Positions 9,282-20,975 of a stretch of 64,000 nucleotides of DNA are shown piece after piece (position 1 is the stretch's first letter; the number at the start of each line of letters is the position of its first letter). The stretch lies in contig JAICLE010000007.1 of assembly GCA_025927545.1 (NCBI GenBank), positions 384 through 64,383 on the forward strand, given 5' to 3'. The notes below the pieces were generated by a model. The model saw nothing but the letters and a program-made list of their open reading frames with translations. It searched no databases and was not told the DNA's origin. The translations under genes were made by a program, and so were the position numbers. The DNA comes from Gemmatimonadales bacterium. Lineage in GTDB: Bacteria > Gemmatimonadota > Gemmatimonadetes > Gemmatimonadales > GWC2-71-9.

Positions 9282-10180
9282 GCGGCGAGTTCCTCCTCGA
9301 GCAGCGCCTGATTGATCGCCATCCCGGCTTCCATCCCTTCGGCCGCCGCGACCACCACGAACTGCGCCTCCCTCGAAGCATCACCGCAGACATAGAGTCC
9401 CGGGACATTCGTCGCCTCGCACTTTCCCGTGGCGACGGCGCCCCGTTCGGTGAGGGTGCAGCCGAGCCGGGCGGGGAGGGGAGAGGCCTGGCGCTGGCCG
9501 GTGGAGAAGAAGAGCGCGCGACGGTTCGCCGGCGCGCCATGCTCGAACACGATCCGCTGAAGCTTCCCGTCGCGGCCTTCGAGCCGGCGCACACGCTCCT
9601 CGCGGACCGGAATCCGCAGCATCTCCAGGCGTTCCACGAGGCGCTCGGGCAGCTCCGCCGGGCCGTCAGTGCAGAGCAGCAGGTCGCGGCTCCATACCGT
9701 CAGGCCCTGCGCCAGACCCGCCCCCACCTCGCCCCGCCCGTAGATCGCGATGGGCTGGTCGCGCCACTCCCAGCCGTCGCAGTAGGGGCAGTGGTGCACG
9801 CTCGTCCCATAGAACTCGTCCAGGCCATCGATGGCCGGCAGCTCGTCCACTACCCCGGTGGCGAGGAGCAACTTGCGGCAGCGGAGCCGGGTGTCGTCGG
9901 CACACCGGACGGCGTATTCCCTGCCCTCGCGCACCACGTCCACCACCTCGGCCGTCCGCAGCTCGACCGTGTCGTACGGGACGAGCTGCTCCCGGGCGAT
10001 CCGGAGCAGCTCTCCGGGCGCGATACCGTCGCGAGTGAGGAATCCGTGAGCGGCGGCCGCCCGGCGGTTTCTCGGCTGGCCGGCGTCGCAGACCAGCACG
10101 CGACGCCGGCACCGGCCGAGCATGAGCGCCGCGCTCAGCCCCGCCGGCCCGCCGCCGACCACGATGCAGTCGTAGATCAC
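9233..10180 (-). CDS. thioredoxin-reductase-like NAD(P)/FAD-dependent oxidoreductase
   Basis: The in-frame GTG at 10178-10180 forms a GTGA overlap with the upstream stop. Motifs (M)IYDCIVVGGGPAGLSAAL, HHCPYCDGWE (CxxC redox pair) and LYVCGDA are present. Confidence 0.85.
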   Translation of the reverse strand: MIYDCIVVGGGPAGLSAALMLGRCRRRVLVCDAGQPRNRRAAAAHGFLTRDGIAPGELLRIAREQLVPYDTVELRTAEVVDVVREGREYAVRCADDTRLRCRKLLLATGVVDELPAIDGLDEFYGTSVHHCPYCDGWEWRDQPIAIYGRGEVGAGLAQGLTVWSRDLLLCTDGPAELPERLVERLEMLRIPVREERVRRLEGRDGKLQRIVFEHGAPANRRALFFSTGQRQASPLPARLGCTLTERGAVATGKCEATNVPGLYVCGDASREAQFVVVAAAEGMEAGMAINQALLEEELAAQKSSSIPSRASLGGP

Positions 10181-10893
10181 GAGGTGGACGACGGAACCTC
10201 GCGCGCGTCCATGACCTGCTTGAAGCGGCGGAGATCGTCCGCGACCTGCTGCGCCGGGTCCTCGCCCGCGATATGGGCGATGCCGCCGCCGAGCGTGCCG
10301 GCGGGCGGAGCGTAGCGCATCACGATCCGCACCTCCGTCCCGCCGTTGTGGACCGGCGAGAAGTGCACCGACCCCACCTGATCCACATCCGCTCCGGGGA
10401 GCGACCGCCATGAGATCAGCTCGTTCTCGATCTCCTGCTCGATTTCCGCATCCCACTCGACCCGGGTGCCGGCCGGCCCCTTGGCCACCCAGTGCGAGCG
10501 CCGCGGACCGAGGACGGTGACGGATTCGAGGTTGTCCATGAAGCGGGGCAGGTTCTCGAAGTTCCGCCAGAACTGGAAGAGCTCGGCGCGCGGGCGCTCG
10601 ATGACCACCGCCTGCTCGAGCTTGGTCCCCTCCCCCCGTTCCAGGCCGGCCAGCGTGCCCGACTCCCTCTCCCCCCGGGCGGAGTTCCGGCCCAGCATGC
10701 GGTTGACCTCGCACCGCCCGGTCACGGCCCGCCCGATCAGCACGCCCCCCAGGGGGACCAGCACCGCGCGGAGCCGCCGCCGGCCGAGGGAAAAGCCGAT
10801 CAGCGCCGCGCCCGCGATGCCCGAGAGCCACCGCTCGGAACGGCCGACGTTGACGTCCTGCCGCTCGCGCTCGCCGTCGAATGCGTTCTTCAT
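10177..10893 (-). CDS. SRPBCC (cyclase/dehydrase) family protein with an N-terminal DUF2892-like membrane segment
   Basis: Starts MKNAFDGE with GAGGAA upstream. N-terminal hairpin RWLSGIAGAALIGFSLGRR. SRPBCC core ERPRAELFQFWRNFENLPRFMDNLESV...SHW...EWDAEI....ISWRS. Confidence 0.8.
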   Translation of the reverse strand: MKNAFDGERERQDVNVGRSERWLSGIAGAALIGFSLGRRRLRAVLVPLGGVLIGRAVTGRCEVNRMLGRNSARGERESGTLAGLERGEGTKLEQAVVIERPRAELFQFWRNFENLPRFMDNLESVTVLGPRRSHWVAKGPAGTRVEWDAEIEQEIENELISWRSLPGADVDQVGSVHFSPVHNGGTEVRIVMRYAPPAGTLGGGIAHIAGEDPAQQVADDLRRFKQVMDAREVPSSTS

Positions 10894-11156
10894 CGTTTCC
10901 TCGCTTCCTCGTTCTCGACCTTCCGATCGTGCTCCGCGTCGTCCAAGAGCGCCGCGCTGCCGTCGCGCGCGTCGGGATCCGCGATCTCCTCCCGGAGGCT
11001 GCCATACTGGCGCCCCATCTTATCGGCGTTGCGCGGATCTTCGAGCTCGAGCTCGTCACCGGCTTCCTCGGGAGCGGTCGAGCCGCGCTCGAGCTCGAAG
11101 CGCCGGCGCTCCTCGTCGGTCATGGTCGCGAACTCACGACTCTCGTTCTTCGCCAT
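10890..11156 (-). CDS. small, highly charged and acidic hypothetical protein (probably disordered)
   Basis: ATG at 11154-11156 with GAGGAG 8 nt upstream; the track's longer form starts at GTG 11165. It is sandwiched by overlaps between two SRPBCC genes, with an ATGA overlap at 10890-10893. No family recognised. Confidence 0.5.
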   Translation of the reverse strand: MAKNESREFATMTDEERRRFELERGSTAPEEAGDELELEDPRNADKMGRQYGSLREEIADPDARDGSAALLDDAEHDRKVENEEARKR

Positions 11157-11961
11157 GCGATTCACTCCTCACTGTGGACTCGAGCAGCGTCTTGAGCCGC
11201 GCGAGGTCCTCGTTCACTCTGGTCCGCGGATCGGCGCCGAGGAACTCGCCCATCTCGCGCCCCGCCGGGTCGGCGAGTGGACTGTAGCAGAATCGAAAAT
11301 CCATTCGGGTCCCGCCGGCCTCGCGAGCGAGACGGATCACGCCGGCGTTCTCGAGCGCCGCGCCCGCCTCGCTCCGCCAGCCGAGGAGCCGATTCTCCTG
11401 CCGTTCGGTCACGGCGGCGGTCCACTCGAGCGGGGCGCCGCCGGGGCCACTCACGATCCAACGCGAGCGGCGCTCGCCCAGATCCCTGACCTCCCGTACG
11501 TTCGACATGAAGAGAGGGAAGTTGCCGTAGCTGGAAAGGAAGGCGTACACCCGCTCGAGCGGTGCGTCGACGTGGATGGTCTTCTGAATGTCCACGGTCC
11601 GCCGGCGCTCCGCCCTCCGCGTGCGGCCCGGATGCCGCCCGACACGCGCCGCCGTCATTCCCACTCCAAGAGTCCGGAGCACCCGGCCCGACGCGCCACG
11701 GCGGAGGATCCCGTAGGCGATGAGCGCACCGCCCGCGGCCTGTACCATCCGCTCCATTAAGCCAGAGGCCGAGGTCCCCAAGTTCGCAGCCTCGAGCCCG
11801 TCGATGTCGCCGAGCCGCGCGCCGTAGCGGCTCGACACCGTCGACCGACTGCCCAGCCGGTCACGGACGCGAGAGCGCCGCTCCGCTCCCTTGTCAGGAT
11901 CCAGGAAATAGACCAGGCCAGCCCCGGCCAATGCGCCGCCAAGAAAGTCTTTCGCGCCCAT
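11134..11961 (-). CDS. SRPBCC (cyclase/dehydrase) family protein
   Basis: Inner ATG (MGAKDFLGGALAGAGLVYFLDPDKGAERRSRVRDR) of ORF 11134..12081. Core IHVDAPLERVYAFLSSYGNFPLFMSNVREV...SRW...EWTAAVTE...NRLLGWRS. Confidence 0.8.
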   Translation of the reverse strand: MGAKDFLGGALAGAGLVYFLDPDKGAERRSRVRDRLGSRSTVSSRYGARLGDIDGLEAANLGTSASGLMERMVQAAGGALIAYGILRRGASGRVLRTLGVGMTAARVGRHPGRTRRAERRRTVDIQKTIHVDAPLERVYAFLSSYGNFPLFMSNVREVRDLGERRSRWIVSGPGGAPLEWTAAVTERQENRLLGWRSEAGAALENAGVIRLAREAGGTRMDFRFCYSPLADPAGREMGEFLGADPRTRVNEDLARLKTLLESTVRSESHGEERES

Positions 11962-12110
11962 CCTGCAAAGGACACCTTCGGGAGCGCGGCGGCTGTGACC
12001 CGTCTCACACGAATCCGGCGGCATCCGACGCGGCACCCGGTGGCAGGCTGACCGATCTTGTCGCGCGCGTCCATCAGTCAATCACACTTCGAACCTCGTC
12101 GAGCACGCGA

Positions 12111-13259
12111 ATGGCGATCGGCTCTCCCGTTGTAGTCTTTTCGCATCTCCGGTGGGACTTCGTGTACCAGCGGCCGCAGCACCTGCTCTCACGACTCGCC
12201 GCCCGGCAACCCGTCCTCTTCGTCGAGGAGCCGCAACACGATCCGGGGGGCCCCGCCCGCTGGGACCGGAGCGCGCCGGCGCCCGGGGTGACCGTCTTCC
12301 GACCGCGGACGCCGCTGGCCGAGCCGGGGTTCCATCCGGCCCAGCTCGCCCTGGTGGCCGCCATGTTGGACGAGGTGCGCGAGGCGGCGGGTCCGGGCGG
12401 AATCATCGCCTGGCTGTACACGCCGATGGCACTGCCCCTTGCCCGTCGGCTCGACCCCGCCCTCGTGGTCTACGACTGCATGGACGAGCTCTCGCTCTTC
12501 GCCGGAGCGCCGCCGGAGCTGGTGGCGCGCGAGGAGGAGCTGCTGCAGCTGGCTGACGTCGTTTTCACCGGCGGTCCGAGCCTTTACCGGGCCAAGCGGG
12601 GAAGACACCCGAACGTCCATTGCTTCACCAGCAGCGTGGACGCGGAGCACTTCGGCCGCGCGCGGGCCGGACGGCCGGACGCACCGGATGAGCCGGCCGA
12701 CCAGCGGGACCTGCCGCACCCGCGCCTTGGTTACTACGGCGTCATCGACGAACGCCTCGACCTGCCGCTCCTCGCCGCGTTGGCCGATGCGCACCCGGCA
12801 TGGCAGCTCGTGCTCGTCGGACCGGTGGTCAAGATCGATCCGGCGGCCTTGCCTCGCCGGGCGAACATCCACTACACCGGCCAGCGGCGCTACGATGAGT
12901 TGCCGGCGTATCTTGCCGGCTGGGACGTGTGCCTGCTCCCATTCGCCCTCAACGAGTCGACTCGCTTCATCAGTCCCACCAAGACGCTCGAGTACATGGC
13001 AGCCGAGCGGCCGATCGTGAGTACGCCCATCACAGATGTGGCGGAACCCTACGGTAACATTGTCTATCTGGGCGACACGCCGGAGGCGTTCATCCGCGCC
13101 TGCGAGCGGGCGCTCGCCTCCGATGCGGCCGAACGGGAGCGTCGCGGATCGCTGATGCGCGGCGTGCTCGCCCGCACCTCGTGGGATGCGACCGTCGCCG
13201 CAATGACCGAGTGCATGGCGCGGAGCCTGGATCTGGCCGCGCCCGCCGCCAATGCTTGA
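12111..13259 (+). CDS. glycosyltransferase (GT-B fold, GT1/GT4-like) of the family typically found next to UDP-galactopyranose mutase genes
   Basis: Inner ATG of ORF 11931..13259. N-terminus VVVFSHLRWDFVYQRPQHLLSR; C-terminal half has P.KTLEYMAAERPIVST. Confidence 0.85.
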   Translation: MAIGSPVVVFSHLRWDFVYQRPQHLLSRLAARQPVLFVEEPQHDPGGPARWDRSAPAPGVTVFRPRTPLAEPGFHPAQLALVAAMLDEVREAAGPGGIIAWLYTPMALPLARRLDPALVVYDCMDELSLFAGAPPELVAREEELLQLADVVFTGGPSLYRAKRGRHPNVHCFTSSVDAEHFGRARAGRPDAPDEPADQRDLPHPRLGYYGVIDERLDLPLLAALADAHPAWQLVLVGPVVKIDPAALPRRANIHYTGQRRYDELPAYLAGWDVCLLPFALNESTRFISPTKTLEYMAAERPIVSTPITDVAEPYGNIVYLGDTPEAFIRACERALASDAAERERRGSLMRGVLARTSWDATVAAMTECMARSLDLAAPAANA

Positions 13260-14802
13260 GCCTGAAAGGACTACGTCTCGCATGCCACCCAAGTCATCCA
13301 CCCGGCCGGACGCCCCGCCGCCCGTGCTGGTCATCGGCGCCGGCCCTACGGGCTTGAGCGCCGCATATCATCTGGGCCAGGAGTCGCTGCTCCTCGAACA
13401 GGCCGAGCGTGTCGGCGGCTGGTGCCGGTCCGTCGAGGACCAGGGCTTCACCTTCGACATGGCCGGCCACATCATGTTCTCACGCGACCCGTACGTGCAC
13501 GAGATGTACGAGCGCCTGCTGGGCGACAACGTGCACTGGCAGGACCGGGAGGCGTGGATCTACAGCAAGCAGGTCTATACCCGTTACCCGTTCCAGGGCG
13601 CACTGTTCGGACTCCCGCCCGAGGTAATCAAGGAGTGCGTCGTGGGCGCGATCGAGGCGCGGTTCGGCAGCCTCGAGGCGAAGCAGCCGGCCGCCGACCC
13701 GCGCCCAGAGGAGGATTACGCCGGCCCCGAGCGGCGCGGCATGTTCGAGCCGCTGATGCGGCGGAAAGCCAAGCGGCTCGTCTACACCGGGAGCGAGCGC
13801 CGGCGCCCCGTACCGCACAAGGGGCCGCCGCGCAACTTCGAGGAGTTCATCTACAAGGTGTGGGGCGCCGGGATCGCCAAGCACTTCGCCATTCCCTACA
13901 ACCGGAAGCTCTGGGCGGTCCCGCTCGACCAGATGGAGACCTCCTGGCTCGGCGGCCGGGTGCCGCTCCCCAATCTCGAGGAGATGATCGAGGGCGCGCT
14001 CCAGCCCGTGGCCAAGCCGATGGGTCCGAACGCCCGGTTCGGCTACCCCCTCCGGGGCGGATTCCAGGCGCTGATGGACGGCTTCCTGCCGCACCTCGCC
14101 GGCGAGCTCAGGCTGGGGACCCGGGTGGCGGCCGTTTCGCCATCGCGCCACACGGTCACGCTCGATAACGGCCGCACCCTTCCATACGAGTTTCTCGTCA
14201 GTACGATGCCGCTCCCCAACCTGGTGCACGCGATCGGGACCGAAGCGCCCGTCGAGGTGCGTCACGCCGCCGCTGACCTCCGGCACGTCTCGGTGCGCTG
14301 TGTCAACCTTGGCGTCGGCCGCGAGCGCCTCACGGAGAAGCACTGGATCTATTACCCGGAGGACACCGTCTTTCACCGCGTGTTCGTACAGGGGAACGCG
14401 AGTCCCTACTGCAACCCACCCGGCGGATTCGGGCTCACCTGCGAGATCACCTACTCGGACGCCAAGCCGCTGCCGTGCGAGGGCGACGCGCTCATCCAGC
14501 GGTGCATCGAGGACTGCCGGCAGGTCGGGCTCGTCGGGGAGAGTGACCCGATCCTGGCGGCGAACCAGGTCGACCTGCCGATTGCGTACGTGGTGTACGA
14601 TCACGCCCGGGCGCGCAACGTGGACCTCATCCGCGAGTGGCTTTCCAGGCACGACATCCTGCTGGCCAGGCGGTACGCCGAGTGGGAGTACTACAATTCG
14701 GACCACGCGTTCGTGGCCGGCCGGAGGGCAGCCGAACAGGTGCGCGAGCTGCGGCAGGCGCAGACCGGTGACGTTCGATCTCCGGCGACGGCGGCCGGCT
14801 GA
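13252..14802 (+). CDS. FAD-dependent UDP-galactopyranose-mutase-like flavoenzyme (long, about 500 aa form)
   Basis: Motifs VLVIGAGPTGLSAA, GGWCRS.....GFTFDMAGHIMFS, YPFQG, WLGGRVPLPNL, GPNARFGYPLRGG, WIYYPE..VFHRV and ARRYAEWEYYNSDHA. Start is either 13252 or the ATG at 13282. Confidence 0.8.
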   Translation: MLEPERTTSRMPPKSSTRPDAPPPVLVIGAGPTGLSAAYHLGQESLLLEQAERVGGWCRSVEDQGFTFDMAGHIMFSRDPYVHEMYERLLGDNVHWQDREAWIYSKQVYTRYPFQGALFGLPPEVIKECVVGAIEARFGSLEAKQPAADPRPEEDYAGPERRGMFEPLMRRKAKRLVYTGSERRRPVPHKGPPRNFEEFIYKVWGAGIAKHFAIPYNRKLWAVPLDQMETSWLGGRVPLPNLEEMIEGALQPVAKPMGPNARFGYPLRGGFQALMDGFLPHLAGELRLGTRVAAVSPSRHTVTLDNGRTLPYEFLVSTMPLPNLVHAIGTEAPVEVRHAAADLRHVSVRCVNLGVGRERLTEKHWIYYPEDTVFHRVFVQGNASPYCNPPGGFGLTCEITYSDAKPLPCEGDALIQRCIEDCRQVGLVGESDPILAANQVDLPIAYVVYDHARARNVDLIREWLSRHDILLARRYAEWEYYNSDHAFVAGRRAAEQVRELRQAQTGDVRSPATAAG

Positions 14803-16045
14803 CTTCGTCTGGGCGACGGGCATCGAGAACACCTTCGTCCCCCAGACCCGTCCCGGCCACCGCGCGCTCGACGAGTACCAGCTCATGGGCCACTACGAGC
14901 ACTGGCGCGAGGACCTCGCGCTGGCACGCGAGCTGGGCCTCCGGGCCGTCCGGTGGGGCATCCCCTGGTACCGGGTCGAGCCGTTCCAGCCGGGCGACTT
15001 CGACTGGCGCTGGACCGACGAGGTGCTGCCCTACCTGGTCGAGGAGCTGGGGATCACACCCATCATCGACCTGATGCACTACGGCTGTCCCTTCTGGCTC
15101 CGGCGCGAGTTCGCGAGCGCGAGCTATCCGGAGGCGGTAGCGGCCTACGCCGGGGCGTTCGCGCGCCGCTACGCCGGGCTGGCCAAGTGGTACACGCCGC
15201 TCAACGAGCCGATCGTGACGGCGCTCTACTGCGGGCAGCGGGGCGTGTGGCCCCCGTACCTGCGCACCGAGCGGGGGTACGTCACCGTGCTGCTGCAGGT
15301 GCTCGAGGGAATCCAGCGCACCGCCGCCGCCCTGCGCGAGGCGGACCCGGGGATCGTGCTGGTCCACGTGGAGGCGAGCGGCCTGAGCCGCGCGGCCCGC
15401 GAGGACCTCCATGCGATCGCGCGGGAGGAGCAGGCGCGCACGTTCCTGCCCTACGATCTGCTCACCGGCCGCATGACGCCCGATCACCCGCTGTTCGGCT
15501 GGCTTGTCCGGCACGGCGCCTCGCCGGACCGGCTGCTGGAGCTGGCCGCCGCCCCGGCGCCCTTCGACCTGATGGGACTCAACTTCTACCCCCAGTGGTC
15601 CACCACCCAGCTCTACATCGACCGGCGGGGGCGGCTCGCCTACCAGCCGATCGAGCAGGACGGCGTGGGGTTCGCCGGACTGATCGAGGAGTACTGGCGC
15701 CGGTATCAGGTGCCGATCATGGTCACCGAGACCAGCGCCCGCGGCGATGAAGCGATCCGCGCCCGATGGCTCGAGGCGTCGGTGGCCGCGATCCGGGGTC
15801 TCCGTGGCCGGGGCGTCCCGGTGCTCGGTTACACCTGGTTTCCCCTGTTCACGATGATCGACTGGCGCTACCGGTTCGGCCGCGGTCCGCTGGAGGAGTA
15901 CCGCCTCGAGCTGGGGCTATACACGCTGGGGGCGACGGGGGAGGCGCGCTGGCGCCCGACACCGCTGGTGGAGCAGTTCCGGAGCTACGTGAGCGATCCC
16001 GAGGGGGCGATCGGCCCGCTCGCCGGGGCCGCGGCGGGACCGTAG
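14768..16045 (+). CDS. clan GH-A (TIM-barrel, GH1-like) glycoside-hydrolase-family protein
   Basis: In-frame GTG at 14768 inside ORF 14300..16045. Motifs WATGIENTF, WYTPLNEPIV (acid/base-type NEP) and PIMVTETSARG (nucleophile-type Glu). Confidence 0.72.
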   Translation: MTFDLRRRRPADFVWATGIENTFVPQTRPGHRALDEYQLMGHYEHWREDLALARELGLRAVRWGIPWYRVEPFQPGDFDWRWTDEVLPYLVEELGITPIIDLMHYGCPFWLRREFASASYPEAVAAYAGAFARRYAGLAKWYTPLNEPIVTALYCGQRGVWPPYLRTERGYVTVLLQVLEGIQRTAAALREADPGIVLVHVEASGLSRAAREDLHAIAREEQARTFLPYDLLTGRMTPDHPLFGWLVRHGASPDRLLELAAAPAPFDLMGLNFYPQWSTTQLYIDRRGRLAYQPIEQDGVGFAGLIEEYWRRYQVPIMVTETSARGDEAIRARWLEASVAAIRGLRGRGVPVLGYTWFPLFTMIDWRYRFGRGPLEEYRLELGLYTLGATGEARWRPTPLVEQFRSYVSDPEGAIGPLAGAAAGP

Positions 16046-16047
16046 CG

Positions 16048-17175
16048 GTGGGACTCTTCCGTTCGTTCTGGCTCGGCGGCTTCGAGTCGGCCCACCACAT
16101 CAATCAGCGGGGGGTGCGGCTCGACCTGGTCTCCGCCACGCAGCACGACGTGCTGGTGGACGAGGACTACGCCCGGCTCCGTCGCCACGGGTTCCGCACG
16201 GTGCGCGAGGGGATGCGCTGGCCACTGATCGATCGGCAGCGTCGGCTCGATTTCTCGTCAGTCGAGCCGATGCTGGCGGCGGCGGAACGCCACGGGATCG
16301 AGATCATCTGGAGCCTCTGCCACTACGGGTGGCCGGAGGACCTGGACCACTACTCGGCGGCGTTCGTCGGGCGCTTCGCGCGCTATGCGGCGGCCGCGGC
16401 CCGGTTCATCGCCGATCGGAGCGACGCGGTCCCGTTCTACACCCCGATCAACGAGATCTCGTTCTTCGCCTGGGCGGCCGCGGAGGTGGGCTACATCCAC
16501 CCGCGGGAGCGGGAGCGCGGCGCGCGGTTGAAAGCCCAGCTCGTCCGCGCCGCGATCGCCGCGATGGAGGCGATTTGGGAGGTGGACCCCCGTGCGCGCA
16601 TGGTGCACGTCGATCCGCTCATTCACGTGGTGACGCCGGCCGGGCGGCCCGATCTGGCCCGGGCCGCCGCCGACCAGCGGGCCTCCCAATTCGACGCGTG
16701 GGACATGCTGGCGGGCGGGCTGCAGCCGGAGCTGGGCGGCCACCCGCGCTACCTCGACATCATCGGACTCAACTACTACCACGCGAACCAGTGGGAGTAT
16801 CCCGACCAGCGGCTCCGCTGGGAAGATGATCCGCGCGACCCGCGCTGGATGTCGCTGCACCTGCTGCTCCGCGAGGTGTACCATCGCTACGGCCGCCCCC
16901 TGCTGATCTCCGAGACGAGTCACTTCGGGGCGGGACGGTCGCGCTGGCTGTGCGAGGTGGCCGGCGAGGTGCACCGGGCCCGGGAGAGCGGCGTGCCGGT
17001 GGAGGGTCTATGCATCTATCCGGTCATCGACCGGCCCGACTGGGACGATCCCGAGCACTGGCACCACAGCGGGCTGTGGGACCTCCGGCCGGGCAGCGGC
17101 GATCGTCTGGAGCGCGTGGCGTGCGAGGAGTATCTGGAGGCGCTCGGGCAGGCGCAGGCACTGCTGCCGGCCTGA
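16048..17175 (+). CDS. second clan GH-A (GH1-like) glycoside-hydrolase-family protein, a paralogue of the preceding gene
   Basis: GTG at 16048, 2 nt after the preceding stop. Motifs FWLGGFESAHH, FYTPINEISFFAW and RPLLISETSHFG. Confidence 0.72.
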   Translation: MGLFRSFWLGGFESAHHINQRGVRLDLVSATQHDVLVDEDYARLRRHGFRTVREGMRWPLIDRQRRLDFSSVEPMLAAAERHGIEIIWSLCHYGWPEDLDHYSAAFVGRFARYAAAAARFIADRSDAVPFYTPINEISFFAWAAAEVGYIHPRERERGARLKAQLVRAAIAAMEAIWEVDPRARMVHVDPLIHVVTPAGRPDLARAAADQRASQFDAWDMLAGGLQPELGGHPRYLDIIGLNYYHANQWEYPDQRLRWEDDPRDPRWMSLHLLLREVYHRYGRPLLISETSHFGAGRSRWLCEVAGEVHRARESGVPVEGLCIYPVIDRPDWDDPEHWHHSGLWDLRPGSGDRLERVACEEYLEALGQAQALLPA

Positions 17176-17179
17176 TCGC

Positions 17180-20143
<2,964 letters not shown>

Positions 20144-20157
20144 GGAGCGTCTCGCGC

Positions 20158-20523
20158 ATGCTGCTGCTCTTCCTCGGTATCGGGCTCGCCGCCGGCGTGC
20201 TGTCGGGCTTGTTCGGCATTGGCGGCGGGCTCCTCATCGTGCCCGCGCTGATGTACCTGGCCCGATTTCCCGTCAAGCTGGCGCTGGGCACGTCGCTGGG
20301 AGCGCTCCTGCTGCCCGTGGGCCTGCTCGGGGCCTATACCTACTGGCAGAACGGCCACGTGCACGTGCGCGCCTCACTGCTGATCGCCGTGGGACTCACG
20401 GGGGGCGCCCTGGTGGGGGCGCGCTTGGCCCAGGCGATTCCCGGCGTCACCCTGCAGCGGATGTTTGCGCTGTTCATGGTGGCCATGGCCATCCAGCTCT
20501 GGTTGCAGGCGGGGTCCGCATGA
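20158..20523 (+). CDS. half-size TauE/SafE-family (sulfite-exporter-like) membrane protein
   Basis: 121 aa, with GLFGIGGGLLIVPALMY and 4 predicted TM helices. ATGA overlap with the next gene. Confidence 0.78.
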   Translation: MLLLFLGIGLAAGVLSGLFGIGGGLLIVPALMYLARFPVKLALGTSLGALLLPVGLLGAYTYWQNGHVHVRASLLIAVGLTGGALVGARLAQAIPGVTLQRMFALFMVAMAIQLWLQAGSA

Positions 20524-20975
20524 AAATCGTCAGTCCGGCCTTCGCGGACGGTACGCCGGTTCCCGCCGAACATACCTGCGAGGGCAGCGGCAGCTCGCCC
20601 GGGCTCGCCTGGAGCGAGATCCCGGTGAACACCCGGAGCTTTGCCCTGGTCTGCGATGACCCCGACGCGCCCCGCGGCACGTGGGTGCACTGGGTGCTCT
20701 TCAATCTGCCGGCGGACGCGGTGGAGCTCGCCCCGGCGGTGCCGCCAGCCCCGGAGCTCCCGTCCGGGGCGCGCCAGGGCATCAACGGTTGGGCGAGCGT
20801 CGGCTACGGCGGCCCGTGTCCGCCGCGGGGGCGGCCCCATCGGTATTTCTTCCGGCTGTATGCGCTCGACTGCACCCTCAATCTGGCCCCGGGCGTGAAG
20901 CGCCCCGACCTCGATCAGGCGATGGCCGGCCACGTCCTGGCCGACGCCACACTCATGGGAACCTTTCAGCGATGA
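20520..20975 (+). CDS. YbhB/YbcL-family phosphatidylethanolamine-binding (PEBP/Raf-kinase-inhibitor-like) protein
   Basis: Motifs SPAFADGTPVPAEHTCEG...SP.L.W, FALVCDDPDAP.GTWVHWVLFN, GY.GPCPP.G.HRYFFRLYALD. Confidence 0.9.
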   Translation: MKIVSPAFADGTPVPAEHTCEGSGSSPGLAWSEIPVNTRSFALVCDDPDAPRGTWVHWVLFNLPADAVELAPAVPPAPELPSGARQGINGWASVGYGGPCPPRGRPHRYFFRLYALDCTLNLAPGVKRPDLDQAMAGHVLADATLMGTFQR

